Assembly: GCA_021325135.1 (NCBI GenBank)
Contig: JAJPHT010000007.1
Span: 1 to 64,000, forward strand
Length of the DNA: 64,000 bases
DNA from: Pseudomonadota bacterium
GTDB lineage: Archaea; Thermoplasmatota; SW-10-69-26; JACQPN01; JAJPHT01
Direction of reading: 5' to 3'
The translations under genes and the position numbers were made by a program. Below the pieces are notes generated by a model that did not search any database, was not told the origin of the DNA, and worked only from the letters and a program-made list of their open reading frames with translations. Below, in pieces: positions 9,667 to 19,210 of this stretch; position 1 is the first letter of the stretch, and the number at the start of each line of letters is the position of its first letter.

Positions 9667-11502
9667 ATCCGACCGCGTTGCCTGCTGCCGTGCGTCCTCA
9701 CCGTCCTCGCCCTCGCGGCGCCGTGGGCAGGCTGGGCCGACGCGCAGGTGGGCAGCGGGCTCACCCTCGCCGCGTCGCCCACGGAGCAGGTCGTCCTGCC
9801 CGGCGCGCACGCGATCTTCGCGCTCAACGTCTCCAACTCCCTTCTCCTGGCGCGCTCCGTGACGCTGAGCTACAACCTCTCGGCGGGCTGGGTCGGCTCC
9901 GTCACGCCGCAGAACCTCACCATCCCCGCCGGCGGCAGCGCCAACGCGACGCTGGACTTGCAAGCGCCCGCGGACGCGCCGGCCAACGCCACGTACTCCT
10001 TCCCCGTCACCGCCTCGGACGCCACCGGCACGCTGGCCTCCACCACTGTGAACGTGACCATCCAGGCGCCCCCGCCCCCCACGCCGCCCACCCCTGTCGC
10101 GCCGCCCAACCTGCGCATCCAGATCGGCCACGACACCGGCGACGCGGGCTCCACCGTGGAGGGGCAGCTCTCCCTGGTCAACGGCGACCCGGGCTCGCCC
10201 CCCCTTGACGTGGACCTCGCCATCGGCGGCCTTGCCTCCTGGCACCCCAGCTTCCCCGTCTCCAGCTTCGCGCGCCTCTACGCGGGCTCGCCCCAGACGG
10301 TCCCCGTCGCGGTCACCATCCCCGCGGAGGCGCAGAACGGCACGCAGGCCTTCGCCATCACCGCGACCGCCACGGTGCAGGGGCGCTCCTACCAGTTCGT
10401 CGTCGTGTGGAACGTGACCGCCGTCGCGGCGCCTCCCGCCGCGCAGCCGTCCTCCTCCGGCCCCACCCCGGTGACGCCCGCGCCGACGACGGAGGCGCCC
10501 TCCTCCCCGGCCGCTCCGCAGCCCAACCTCGCGCTGAGCCTGAGCGACGCCCAGGACCTCACGCCCGGCTACTCCTCCCAGGAGACCGTCCTCGTGCAGA
10601 ACACGGGCAACGTGCGCCTCCACGTCCACCTGGCGGGCAGCGCCGCCGACGGCTCGTGGCGCACGACGCTGGTCCCCAACGAGATGGACCTGGATGCCGG
10701 CGCCTCCCGCGCGGTCGTCCTCACCATCGACACGCCCGCCAGCGCTGCCTCCGGGCGCGACGGCGCCGCCAAGGCCACCGTGACCGCCACCACGGATGAC
10801 GGCCTCCAGCGCTACCTCCCCCTGGACCTGCGCATCCCCGCGACCTCGCCCGCCTCGCAGGCGCAGGCGACCGTCGCGCCCCCCACGCCGCCCGGCGCCG
10901 ACGCCGCGCCCCGCGTGAGCGGCGCCGCGGTGGCCCTCGCCGCGGGCCTGGGCGCCGTGGGCGCGGGCGCGCTCGTGCTGGCGCACCGCCCGTGGCGCGA
11001 GAAGCTCCTCTGGGTCGGCATCGGCCTCTACACGCGCCTCGCGCGCCCCGACGTGCTGGGCCACGAGGAGCGCGAGCGGCTCTACCAGATCATCGAGGCG
11101 CAGCCCGGCGTCCACTTCCACGCCCTCCAGCGCGAGCTTGGCTGGAACACGGGCACGCTCACCTACCACCTGCGCGTGCTGGAGAAGCACGGCTTCGTGG
11201 TGGACCGCCGCGACGGCCTCTACCGCCGCTTCTACCTCCAGGGCACCGCGCCCCGCAAGGAGGTCTTCGAGACCGCCGGGCCCCAGGGCCTCCGCGCCGA
11301 CGTGCTGGAGGCCGTGAAGGGGCGCCAGGGCCTCTCGCAGACGGACCTCGCCCTCGCGCTGGGCGCCAACAAGCAGACCGTGAACTACCACGTGAAGGCC
11401 TTGGAGCGCCAGGGGCTCATCCGCCTGGAGAAGCGCGGCCGCGAGACGTTCCTCTACCCGGCCGATGCGTCTGCTTCGCCGGGTCGCGAGGCGCACGCCT
11501 GA
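9667..11502 (+). CDS. Membrane-spanning regulator: signal peptide, Ig-like repeats, TM, tandem winged-HTH (COG3398-like)
   Basis: C-terminal PGVHFHAL..GTLTYHLRVLE and GLSQTDLA..TVNYHVKALE; in-frame signal peptide upstream of GTG 9748 (start uncertain). Confidence 0.8.
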   Translation: MRPRCLLPCVLTVLALAAPWAGWADAQVGSGLTLAASPTEQVVLPGAHAIFALNVSNSLLLARSVTLSYNLSAGWVGSVTPQNLTIPAGGSANATLDLQAPADAPANATYSFPVTASDATGTLASTTVNVTIQAPPPPTPPTPVAPPNLRIQIGHDTGDAGSTVEGQLSLVNGDPGSPPLDVDLAIGGLASWHPSFPVSSFARLYAGSPQTVPVAVTIPAEAQNGTQAFAITATATVQGRSYQFVVVWNVTAVAAPPAAQPSSSGPTPVTPAPTTEAPSSPAAPQPNLALSLSDAQDLTPGYSSQETVLVQNTGNVRLHVHLAGSAADGSWRTTLVPNEMDLDAGASRAVVLTIDTPASAASGRDGAAKATVTATTDDGLQRYLPLDLRIPATSPASQAQATVAPPTPPGADAAPRVSGAAVALAAGLGAVGAGALVLAHRPWREKLLWVGIGLYTRLARPDVLGHEERERLYQIIEAQPGVHFHALQRELGWNTGTLTYHLRVLEKHGFVVDRRDGLYRRFYLQGTAPRKEVFETAGPQGLRADVLEAVKGRQGLSQTDLALALGANKQTVNYHVKALERQGLIRLEKRGRETFLYPADASASPGREAHA

Positions 11503-11519
11503 AGCGGAAGAGATCAGCG

Positions 11520-11645
11520 TCGTCCGGCCGCGCCGCAGCGCGGCTACCCAGGGGGGTTTCAGGGGCGCAGCCCCCTGACGTGAAGTCCGTCCCAGCAGAA
11601 GGCGAAAAACGCCGAGGGCTGGAACCCCTGGAGTCCCATGCCCCC
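11520..11645. repeat. Degenerate inverted copy of the 4127-4291 element
   Basis: tcgtccggccgcgccgcagcg..ggggtttcagggg..ccccctgacgtgaa..ccagcaga matches the reverse complement of about 4145-4252. Confidence 0.75.
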
Positions 11646-11684
11646 AGCCATCTCTTTCTAACCTTCACGGTCCGATCGGGGGCC

Positions 11685-12467
11685 ATGGACCTCCTCGACC
11701 TGCCCCACCTCGACGTCGGCCCGCGGGACGCCATGCCCGTCGTGCTGCTCCACGGCTTTCCGCTGGACCACGCCATGTGGGCGCCCCAGAAGGAGGCGCT
11801 CCAGCGCGCCGGCTTCCGCGTGATCGCGCCCGACCTGCGCGGCCAGGGCAAGGCGCCCGTGGGCCACGGCCCCGCGACGATGCAGGCCCAGGCCGCGGAC
11901 GCGCTGCGCATGCTGGACCGCGCCGGCGTGCGCCGCTTCGCGCTGGCGGGCTTCAGCATGGGAGGCTACGTCGCCTTCGAGGTCCTCCGCCAGGCGCCCG
12001 GCCGCGTCGCGGGGCTCGCCCTCGTGGACACGCGCGCGGAACCCGACTCCCCAGAGGCGCGGCAAGGGCGATATCAAACGGCGGCGCGTGTCCGCAAGGA
12101 GGGTCCCGGCCCGGTGGTGGAGGGCATGCTGCCCAGGCTCCTCACGTCCGCGGCGGACCCCGCGCTGCGCGCGCAGGTGGAGCGCACGATGCGCGCGACG
12201 CCGCCCGAGGGCATGGCGCAGGCCCTGGAAGGCATGGGCGAGCGCCCCGACTCGCGCTCCACCCTCGCGGCGATCCGCGTGCCCACCCTCATCGTCGTCG
12301 GGGAGCAGGACGCCATCACGCCGACCGAGGCCGCGAAGGCCATGGCGGACGCGATTCCGGGCGCGAAGCTCGTGGTCGTGCCCGGCGCGGCGCACCTCAC
12401 CACGCTGGAGCGGCCCGACGCGGTGAGCGACGCCATGGTGGCGTGGGCGCGCTCCATCAAGCCGTGA
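11685..12467 (+). CDS. Alpha/beta hydrolase (PcaD/MhpC-like)
   Basis: LLHGFP, DLRGQG, GFSMGG nucleophile elbow, GEQD, AAH. Confidence 0.9.
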   Translation: MDLLDLPHLDVGPRDAMPVVLLHGFPLDHAMWAPQKEALQRAGFRVIAPDLRGQGKAPVGHGPATMQAQAADALRMLDRAGVRRFALAGFSMGGYVAFEVLRQAPGRVAGLALVDTRAEPDSPEARQGRYQTAARVRKEGPGPVVEGMLPRLLTSAADPALRAQVERTMRATPPEGMAQALEGMGERPDSRSTLAAIRVPTLIVVGEQDAITPTEAAKAMADAIPGAKLVVVPGAAHLTTLERPDAVSDAMVAWARSIKP

Positions 12468-12912
12468 GCGACTGCGCGGCGAGCCCCACGGCGATCATCA
12501 GCGCCAGCGGCGCCAGGAAGAACGCGGCCGTGCCCCACTGGACGGGCCCGCGGCGCGCGGCGATCTCGCGCACGAGCCCCACGGTGGCGGCCCCGCCCAC
12601 GAGGACGTTGAGCGCCGCGACGACGCCCACGATGGCGGGGCTCGCGCGCCAGCTCAGCACGCCTTGGAAGAGCAGCGAGAAGACCAGCGTGTAGCCCGCC
12701 AGCGCGACCAGCGCGCCCTTGGAGCCGTAGGAGCCCACGGCGATGGCGTAGGCCCACGCGCCGTAGAGCAGCGCGACGGCCAAGGTCTCCAGGATTGCGA
12801 TGGGCTCGCCCAGGCCCGCGGGGCCCTGCCCAAGCTCGCGCACGTGGAGGACGCCTTGCGCCACGGAGAGGGCGAGCGCGGCGGACGCGCCCACGGCCCA
12901 GCCTCGGCCCAT
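12457..12912 (-). CDS. Small multi-pass membrane protein
   Basis: About 5 hydrophobic helices; host-like codon usage. Confidence 0.65.
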   Translation of the reverse strand: MGRGWAVGASAALALSVAQGVLHVRELGQGPAGLGEPIAILETLAVALLYGAWAYAIAVGSYGSKGALVALAGYTLVFSLLFQGVLSWRASPAIVGVVAALNVLVGGAATVGLVREIAARRGPVQWGTAAFFLAPLALMIAVGLAAQSLTA

Positions 12913-12936
12913 GGGGCGCGCAGCGGGGAGCGGCCA

Positions 12937-13350
12937 CTAAGGGTTTGCCCCGACGCGATCCGGATGCCGGGTCCGGGGAACGAGGCTCTGCTCGTCGAAC
13001 CCCTTGTCCTCGCTCCAGATGGCGTCGGCCTCGACGGCCAGCGCGGCCGCGAGGTAGGGCACGTCGTCCGGGTCGACGGCGCCCAGCGCGGCCAGCGCGG
13101 CGGGGACGTGCGGCCCGATGATCTCGTCCGGGACCCACTCGACCTGCGCGAAGATCTCCTCCACGAGGCGCCCGAGGTCCTCCACGGAGAGCCCGCTGCG
13201 CCGCTGCAGCTCCGCGCGATGCTTCTCCAGCTCGGCCTTCAGGAACGCGGGCGCGAAGAGCGTCGCCGAGGTGTCATAGAGGGTGCGCCGCGTCGAGCCG
13301 TCGCGCAGGAGCGCGCTGAAGAGGCGGTTCGCGTCGAGGACGATCCTCAC
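12937..13350 (-). CDS. PIN-domain toxin (VapC-like)
   Basis: IVLDAN...DPDDVPYLAAAL....IWSEDKGF. Confidence 0.9.
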   Translation of the reverse strand: MRIVLDANRLFSALLRDGSTRRTLYDTSATLFAPAFLKAELEKHRAELQRRSGLSVEDLGRLVEEIFAQVEWVPDEIIGPHVPAALAALGAVDPDDVPYLAAALAVEADAIWSEDKGFDEQSLVPRTRHPDRVGANP

Positions 13351-13589
13351 TTGCGGGCCCCGAAGCGCTTCGCCATCGCGGCGTCCATGAGGTCGGCGAT
13401 CTCGTCGACGTCCTCCGGCGTGAGGCCGCTCTTCTGGGCGATGCGGTCCGCCAACTCCAGCGAGGCGAGCTTCTGCTCGATGGCCTTGGAGACGACCGCG
13501 CTCCAGTTCACGTCGCCGCGCGCCTGCGCCCGCTCCTTGAGGGGCTCGGGCACGGTGAACGTCATTCGCCCGATCTTCGCCTCGCTCAT
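13347..13589 (-). CDS. RHH antitoxin (VapB-like)
   Basis: MTFTVPEPLK.....VNWSAVV; GTGA overlap with the PIN gene. Confidence 0.85.
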   Translation of the reverse strand: MSEAKIGRMTFTVPEPLKERAQARGDVNWSAVVSKAIEQKLASLELADRIAQKSGLTPEDVDEIADLMDAAMAKRFGARK

Positions 13590-13612
13590 ACCTACGTATG
13601 CATCAGTACGCA

Positions 13613-15220
13613 TCAATAAGACTTTCGCACGAGGGGGGCCGGCACCGCCACGATCGCCGAGCCTTGGGCCTCCTGGCCGCCCGAGGTCTTCCCGGCCGGC
13701 TGCGGCGCGAGGAGCTCCAGCGACAGGTTCTCGCCGCGCAGGGCCGGGCCCGCGCGCAGCGTGGCGAGCATGCCCATGACCACGTCCGACTTCACCGTGG
13801 GGTCGGTGACGCACTTCTGCGTGCACGTGTCCACGAAGGAGGCCCACGGGCGGCCCTGGCCGTCGATGGCGATCTCGATGAAGTCGTTCATGCCGTGGCA
13901 GCGCGTGCCGCCGCAGAGGCCGCGCGCCAGCGGGTCCAGGGGGTCGTTGGCGGTGACCGTCTGGATCGTCGCGTTGGGGTTGAGCGCGTCGGTCATGACG
14001 CCGATGTAGGCGTTCCACGTGGCGTTGTCCCACTCGGGGAGTTTGGGTTGGCCCAGCAGGTCGCCGGAGAGGCCGCCGTTGCCCGAGCCCTTGCCCTCGT
14101 AGCCGCCGGGGACGGTGCTGCCCAGGTACGCGAAGGCGACCTTGCCGTCGTCGCCCAGGGCGAGGGCATTGAACATGGTGGCGGTGACGCCGGGCGCCGT
14201 GACGTTGCGCGGCGGGAACCAGGTCTTGCCCGCGTCGGCGCTGGCGGTGAACCACACCTGCCCCTTGGCCTGGAAGGTGGCGTACATGTGGCCGCTCTTG
14301 TCCACCTGGAAGCCCAGCTCGTGGTCGGAGGGCTTCAGGTCGGTCTTGATCTGGATGGCCTGCCAGGTGAGGCCGTCGTCCTCGGTGTACTTGATCTTGG
14401 GGCCGCCGGGGCAGTCCGCCTTGCCGAGGTACATCTTGCCGTCGGGGCCGGCCTTGAGGTGCCCCGTGAGGCCTGCGCAGCCGTCGGCGGCGCTGACGAA
14501 GACGGGCACCTGGGGCGTGAACGAGAGGCCGCCCGTGAAGCTCATGGCGCAGCCGCTCTCGACGCCGTTGTTCGTGCAGCGGTACACGACGTTGGGGTAG
14601 CCCACGGTGGGGTGCGAGCGCGCCTTCGCGGCGCTGACCGTCTGGTGGTCGTTGACGTTGGTGTTGCCGCAGGAGTACGGGTTCGTGATCCACGTCGCGC
14701 CCTTGTCGTCGCTGTACGAGAGCGTGCCGCAGGAGAGAGGCAGGATGTCGTCCATGAAGACGCGGCCCGTGTCGTAGTCCACGAAGAGGATGGGGTCGTT
14801 GGTGTTGGGGTGCTCGGGGACCGGACCGACGTTGGGGCCGACGTTCTTGATGCTCTGGCCGTGGTCAAAGGTGGCCCAGACCGTGGGCGCGCTGCGCTTC
14901 TCGGGGCCCGCGTCCACGAAGCCCTCCATGCCGGTCATGTAGACGTTGCCCGCCTTGTCCGCGCCCACGGAGGGCTCCGTCGCCGACGCGGGCAGCAGGT
15001 ACTCGCCGCCCAGCGCCTGGGGGAACGTCGCGTTGAGCGCCGCGGCGTCGGCCAGCGCCTCGTGGGAGAGGTGGTAGACGCCCGCGGTGCCCACGGTGAG
15101 GTTGCCCATGGGCATCCCCATGGCGTCGGTGGACGCGGTCTTCACGGCGGGGGACGTGACGCACCCCGCCAGGAGCGCGCTGGCGGCGAGAAGGAGGCCT
15201 ACGGCGGCGCGGGCGGACAT
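13613..15220 (-). CDS. Sialidase-fold (BNR/Asp-box) beta-propeller lipoprotein
   Basis: Lipobox LLAGC; Asp-boxes SDDKGATW, TEDDGLTW, SADAGKTW. Confidence 0.85.
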   Translation of the reverse strand: MSARAAVGLLLAASALLAGCVTSPAVKTASTDAMGMPMGNLTVGTAGVYHLSHEALADAAALNATFPQALGGEYLLPASATEPSVGADKAGNVYMTGMEGFVDAGPEKRSAPTVWATFDHGQSIKNVGPNVGPVPEHPNTNDPILFVDYDTGRVFMDDILPLSCGTLSYSDDKGATWITNPYSCGNTNVNDHQTVSAAKARSHPTVGYPNVVYRCTNNGVESGCAMSFTGGLSFTPQVPVFVSAADGCAGLTGHLKAGPDGKMYLGKADCPGGPKIKYTEDDGLTWQAIQIKTDLKPSDHELGFQVDKSGHMYATFQAKGQVWFTASADAGKTWFPPRNVTAPGVTATMFNALALGDDGKVAFAYLGSTVPGGYEGKGSGNGGLSGDLLGQPKLPEWDNATWNAYIGVMTDALNPNATIQTVTANDPLDPLARGLCGGTRCHGMNDFIEIAIDGQGRPWASFVDTCTQKCVTDPTVKSDVVMGMLATLRAGPALRGENLSLELLAPQPAGKTSGGQEAQGSAIVAVPAPLVRKSY

Positions 15221-15274
15221 CGCCCGGAATCCCCGGGGAGGGCGCCTTGAACCTTGTTGCTCGCCTCGCCCCGC

Positions 15275-16810
15275 TCAGCCCGAGGCCTTGGGCATCTGCG
15301 CGGGGAGGATGGGGAGCGTGGCGTTCGCGCCGCGCAGCGCCGGACCCTCCAGCAGCGTGGCCATCATGCCCTGGGTCTGGTCGGAGAGGACCTTGGGGTC
15401 CTTCACGCACTCCTTGGTGCACGTGTCCACGAACGACGCCCAGGGGCGCCCGTCGCTGTCGATGGTGAGCTCGATGAAGTCGTTCATGCCGTGGCAGCGC
15501 GTCCGCCCGCACAGGCCGCGCGCGATGGGGTCGGAGGGGTCGTTGGCGGTCACGGTCTGGATGGGCGCCTTGGGGTCCGTGGCATTGAGGATGACGCCGA
15601 GGTAGGCGTTCCACGTCGCGTTGTCCCACTCGGGCAGGCGCGGCTGGCCTTGGAGGTCGCCGCTGAGGCCGGGGTTGCCCGCGCCCTTGCCCTCGTAGCC
15701 GCCGGGGACGGTCGATCCCACGTAGGCGAAGGCCACCTTGCCGTCGTCGCCCATGGCCAGGGTGTTGAACATCGTCGCGGTGACGCCGGGGGCGGTCACG
15801 TTGCGCGCGGGGAACCACGTCTTGCCGTCGTCCACGCTGGCGCTGAACCAGACCTGCCCCTTGTGCTCCCAGAGCGCGTACATGTCGTGGTTCTTGCCCA
15901 CGGCGAAGCCCATCTCGTGGTCGTCCGCGGGGTCGGTGGCGGCCTGGTCGGTCTTGATGACGAGCTTCTGCCAGGTGAGGCCGTCGTCCTTGGAGTACGC
16001 GACGGTGGGGCCGCTGGGGCAGTCCGCCTTGGGGAGGTACATCGTGCCGTCGGGCCCGCTGCGCAGGTGGCTCGTGAGCCCACCACACTCGTAGCCCGGC
16101 TCGAAGGCGAAGGTCTGCGGGAGGAAGCTGAGGCCGCCGTTGAGGGAGGTCGCGCACCCCGAGTAGACGCCGTTGTTGGTGCAGCGGTACACGACGTTGG
16201 GATACGCCACCGTGGGCAGCATGCGCGGCTTCGCGGTGCCCACCGTCTGGTGGTCGTTCACGTCCGTGTTGCCGCACGAGTAGGGGTCGACGGTCCACGA
16301 CGCGCCCTTGTCGTCGCTGTACGAGAGCGTGCCGCACGAGAGCGGGATGATGTCGTCCATGAAGATGCGGCCCGTGTCGCGATCGACGGCCACGATCTGG
16401 TCGAAGCTCGCGGGGTGGGGGACGCCGTTCGCGCCCTTGGGGCCCACGTCCTTGAACGTCTTGCCGTGGTCGAAGGTGGCGACGATGGTGGGCTCCGAGG
16501 GGCCGACGGCCGAGGGGCCCGTGGCCGTCATGTAGACGCCGCCGTCCTTGTCGGACGCGATGCTGGGCTCCGACGCGTCGTAGCCGATGAGGAACTCGCC
16601 GCCCACCGCGCGGGGGATCGACGCGACCAGCGCGGGGTCCACGGGGAGGCCGCCCGCCTCGTGGAAGACGCCCTCGCGCGTGACGTTCATGGAGGGGGCG
16701 GGCGCCGCGACGGGCACGGCGGCAGGCGCCTCGGGGGCGGACTTGAGGCAGCCCGCCATCACGGGCGCGGTGAGGGCGAGGAGGCAGAGCGCGAGCGCGC
16801 GGACCTTCAT
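15275..16810 (-). CDS. Sialidase-fold (BNR/Asp-box) lipoprotein, tandem paralog
   Basis: Lipobox MAGC; Asp-boxes; long stretches identical to 13613-15220. Confidence 0.85.
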   Translation of the reverse strand: MKVRALALCLLALTAPVMAGCLKSAPEAPAAVPVAAPAPSMNVTREGVFHEAGGLPVDPALVASIPRAVGGEFLIGYDASEPSIASDKDGGVYMTATGPSAVGPSEPTIVATFDHGKTFKDVGPKGANGVPHPASFDQIVAVDRDTGRIFMDDIIPLSCGTLSYSDDKGASWTVDPYSCGNTDVNDHQTVGTAKPRMLPTVAYPNVVYRCTNNGVYSGCATSLNGGLSFLPQTFAFEPGYECGGLTSHLRSGPDGTMYLPKADCPSGPTVAYSKDDGLTWQKLVIKTDQAATDPADDHEMGFAVGKNHDMYALWEHKGQVWFSASVDDGKTWFPARNVTAPGVTATMFNTLAMGDDGKVAFAYVGSTVPGGYEGKGAGNPGLSGDLQGQPRLPEWDNATWNAYLGVILNATDPKAPIQTVTANDPSDPIARGLCGRTRCHGMNDFIELTIDSDGRPWASFVDTCTKECVKDPKVLSDQTQGMMATLLEGPALRGANATLPILPAQMPKASG

Positions 16811-16864
16811 GTCCGGCCCTCACCCGGACGGGTCCTATCTATCTTGTTGTGGCCGCGCCCCCGG

Positions 16865-17707
16865 TCAGGGGCGGCCCGCGGCCACGACGACGAACTCCGC
16901 CGGGAGCGCCAGGGAGCCGTCGGGCTCCTTCCAGGGCTCCAGGTTCCGGCGCGTCTTCGCGATGACCGCGCGCTGGACGTCCTCGTCCTCCTCGCGCAGC
17001 GAGTGGCCCAGGGGCGTCCCCTCCAGCATGGCGCGGAGATAGCCTTCGACCCCCGGGAAGCGCTGCGTCATGACGTGGCGCGACTCCCTCGCGCGCTGGA
17101 AGCCCGCGGCGTGGAGCATGCCGGCAAGCTCGCCCGGGCCGCCCATCTCGTAGGGCGTGGGGAGGTAGCCCGTCTCGTCGGGCTCCGCGTGCTCCAGCAT
17201 CGGGCCCACCATGGCGTGGAGCGCGGGGGAGCGCTCGCCAGAGCCCCACACGGTCGCCGCGACGCGGCCGCCGGGGCGCACGACGCGGTGCAGCTCCGCG
17301 ACGGCCTTCTCGGGGCTCGTCACGATCTGCAGGCCGAAGCGGCACACGGCGAGGTCGAACGACGCGTCGGGGAGCCCCAGGTCCTCGGCGTCCATGACCT
17401 CGAAGCGCACGCGGTCCAGGCCGCGCGCCTTGGCGCTGGAGCGCGCGATCTCCACCATGCGCTCGGAGAGGTCGACGCCCAGCACGCTGCCCGAAGGGCC
17501 GACGCGGGAGGCGAGGGTCATGGCGGGCTCGCCGGGCCCGGTGGCGACGTCGAGCACGCGCTCGCCCCCTCGGGGCTCCGCGGCCTCCAGGAGCGCGGGG
17601 TTCGCGAGGTCGAGGTTGCGCAGGATGGGGTCGTAGTGCGCGGCGCTTTCGTTCCAGGTGTCGCGGGTGTAGCGCTTGTACGACTCGTCGCTGTAGCTCC
17701 ACGTCAC
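16865..17707 (-). CDS. Class I SAM-dependent methyltransferase (UbiE-like)
   Basis: VLDVATGPG, GVDLSERM, DAEDL..PDASFD, RVVRPGG. Confidence 0.9.
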   Translation of the reverse strand: MTWSYSDESYKRYTRDTWNESAAHYDPILRNLDLANPALLEAAEPRGGERVLDVATGPGEPAMTLASRVGPSGSVLGVDLSERMVEIARSSAKARGLDRVRFEVMDAEDLGLPDASFDLAVCRFGLQIVTSPEKAVAELHRVVRPGGRVAATVWGSGERSPALHAMVGPMLEHAEPDETGYLPTPYEMGGPGELAGMLHAAGFQRARESRHVMTQRFPGVEGYLRAMLEGTPLGHSLREEDEDVQRAVIAKTRRNLEPWKEPDGSLALPAEFVVVAAGRP

Positions 17708-18519
17708 GCGGCCTTCCTCCAGTGGGGAGCCCCCGCGAGCGTGACGCGCGCGAGACGCCCGGCCTTCTCGCCCGCCTCCAGCTTGGAGAGCGCGTCGCGC
17801 GGCTTCAGGGCGAAGACGCGCTCCACCTCCACCTGCGAGACGGGGCCCTCCTCCGCGGCGTAGGCGACGACGTCGGCGGGCAGGCGCTTCGTGAGCGCGC
17901 CTCCGGACATCCAGTCGATGGCGGACTCCACCACCGCGGGGTCGAACGCGTAGTCCAGGATGAGCGTCCGCGTGTCGTCGTCGGTGAGGATCAGGTTGTA
18001 GAACCCCATGGGGAGGTGCGGCACGTTGACGCCCTGGTCGCCGTACTCGGCGCGCAGGCCCTCGTCGTCCGCCAAGTCCTTCTCGAAGCGCTTGATATCA
18101 AGGCCCGCCTCCTTCGCGGCGGCGAGGAGCACCTCGGGCTTGCCGGGGTCTTGCCCCTCGACGTTGATGCGCCGCGTGAGGATGCGCAGGAAGCGGCCCG
18201 CGCCGGGAGGGCCCTGCCGGCCCGCGGCGATGGCGGCGAGCGAAGCGGGGAGTACGTTGCGGGGGATGGTCTCCTTGGTCCACGAGACCATGGGGAGGCC
18301 CATCTTCTCGACGCCCTCGTTGAAGAACGCCAAGGCCTCGTCCCACGAGGCCATCTCGTAGTGGACCATCCACTCGTCGAAGTCCGCGTAGGGGCAGTCC
18401 ACCACGAGGTCGATGGGCACCTGCTCGCCATAGACGGCACGGATGCGCTGGAAGACGGGCTCGTAGCCCCACGACCAGGAGCAGCCGGGGGCGGTCACGT
18501 GGACGATGCGAACGGGCAT
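17704..18519 (-). CDS. DsbA/YjbH-like thioredoxin-fold protein (CxxS)
   Basis: PGCSWSWGYEP; helical insert AAKEAGLDIKRFEKDL. Confidence 0.75.
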   Translation of the reverse strand: MPVRIVHVTAPGCSWSWGYEPVFQRIRAVYGEQVPIDLVVDCPYADFDEWMVHYEMASWDEALAFFNEGVEKMGLPMVSWTKETIPRNVLPASLAAIAAGRQGPPGAGRFLRILTRRINVEGQDPGKPEVLLAAAKEAGLDIKRFEKDLADDEGLRAEYGDQGVNVPHLPMGFYNLILTDDDTRTLILDYAFDPAVVESAIDWMSGGALTKRLPADVVAYAAEEGPVSQVEVERVFALKPRDALSKLEAGEKAGRLARVTLAGAPHWRKAA

Positions 18520-18546
18520 GGGGCGCCGCAAGGCGCTCCCGATGCT

Positions 18547-19131
18547 TCATCCCGATGGGGGCGCCGCGGGCCGGCCGATGCGCAGCCGCCCCTCCTCCGT
18601 CACGATGACGTCCATCCCCTGGTCGTGCGGCTCCGTCACGGGCACGCGGTCCACGAGCTGCGCCGCGAAGGCGAGCCCCACGCGCAGCGCGCGAGGGTGC
18701 GCCTCCAGCCAGCGGTCGAAGTGCCCTCCCCCCTGCCCCAGGCGCGAGCCGTCGCGGCCGAAGAGGATGCCAGGGACGAACACCACCGAGGGCTCGTCGA
18801 CCTCCGTCCACGGCTGGCGCGGGATGGGCACGCCGCGAGGGCCCGGCACGAGCGCCCACGGGTGGATGACCTGCACGAAGCGCAGCTCGTCGCCCTCCGT
18901 CACCGGGACCGCGACTCGCAGCCCCTTGGCGAGCAGGCCGCGCAGGAGCAGCGAGGTGGAGACCTCCGAACCCATGGAGGCGTAGGCGCCCGCCGCGCCG
19001 CCGCGCGACAGCTCCGGCAGCGCCAGCGCGTGCTCCGCGATGCGCTCGCTCAAGGCCTCGCGCTCCGCCTCGGGGATCGCGCGGCGGCGCTCGCGCGCCT
19101 CGGCGCGAAGCTGCTCCTTTTCCTGCGACAC
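18547..19131 (-). CDS. 5-formyltetrahydrofolate cyclo-ligase
   Basis: KEQLR, VPG..F..DGSRLGQGGGHFDR, EPHDQGMDVIVTE. Confidence 0.92.
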   Translation of the reverse strand: MSQEKEQLRAEARERRRAIPEAEREALSERIAEHALALPELSRGGAAGAYASMGSEVSTSLLLRGLLAKGLRVAVPVTEGDELRFVQVIHPWALVPGPRGVPIPRQPWTEVDEPSVVFVPGILFGRDGSRLGQGGGHFDRWLEAHPRALRVGLAFAAQLVDRVPVTEPHDQGMDVIVTEEGRLRIGRPAAPPSG

Positions 19132-19210
19132 GCAACGTTCAACGCGCGCCGCGGCAAAGCCGTTCCGCCGCGGGACAAGGGGCTAAGAGAGGGATTTCCG
19201 CTGCCTGCCC

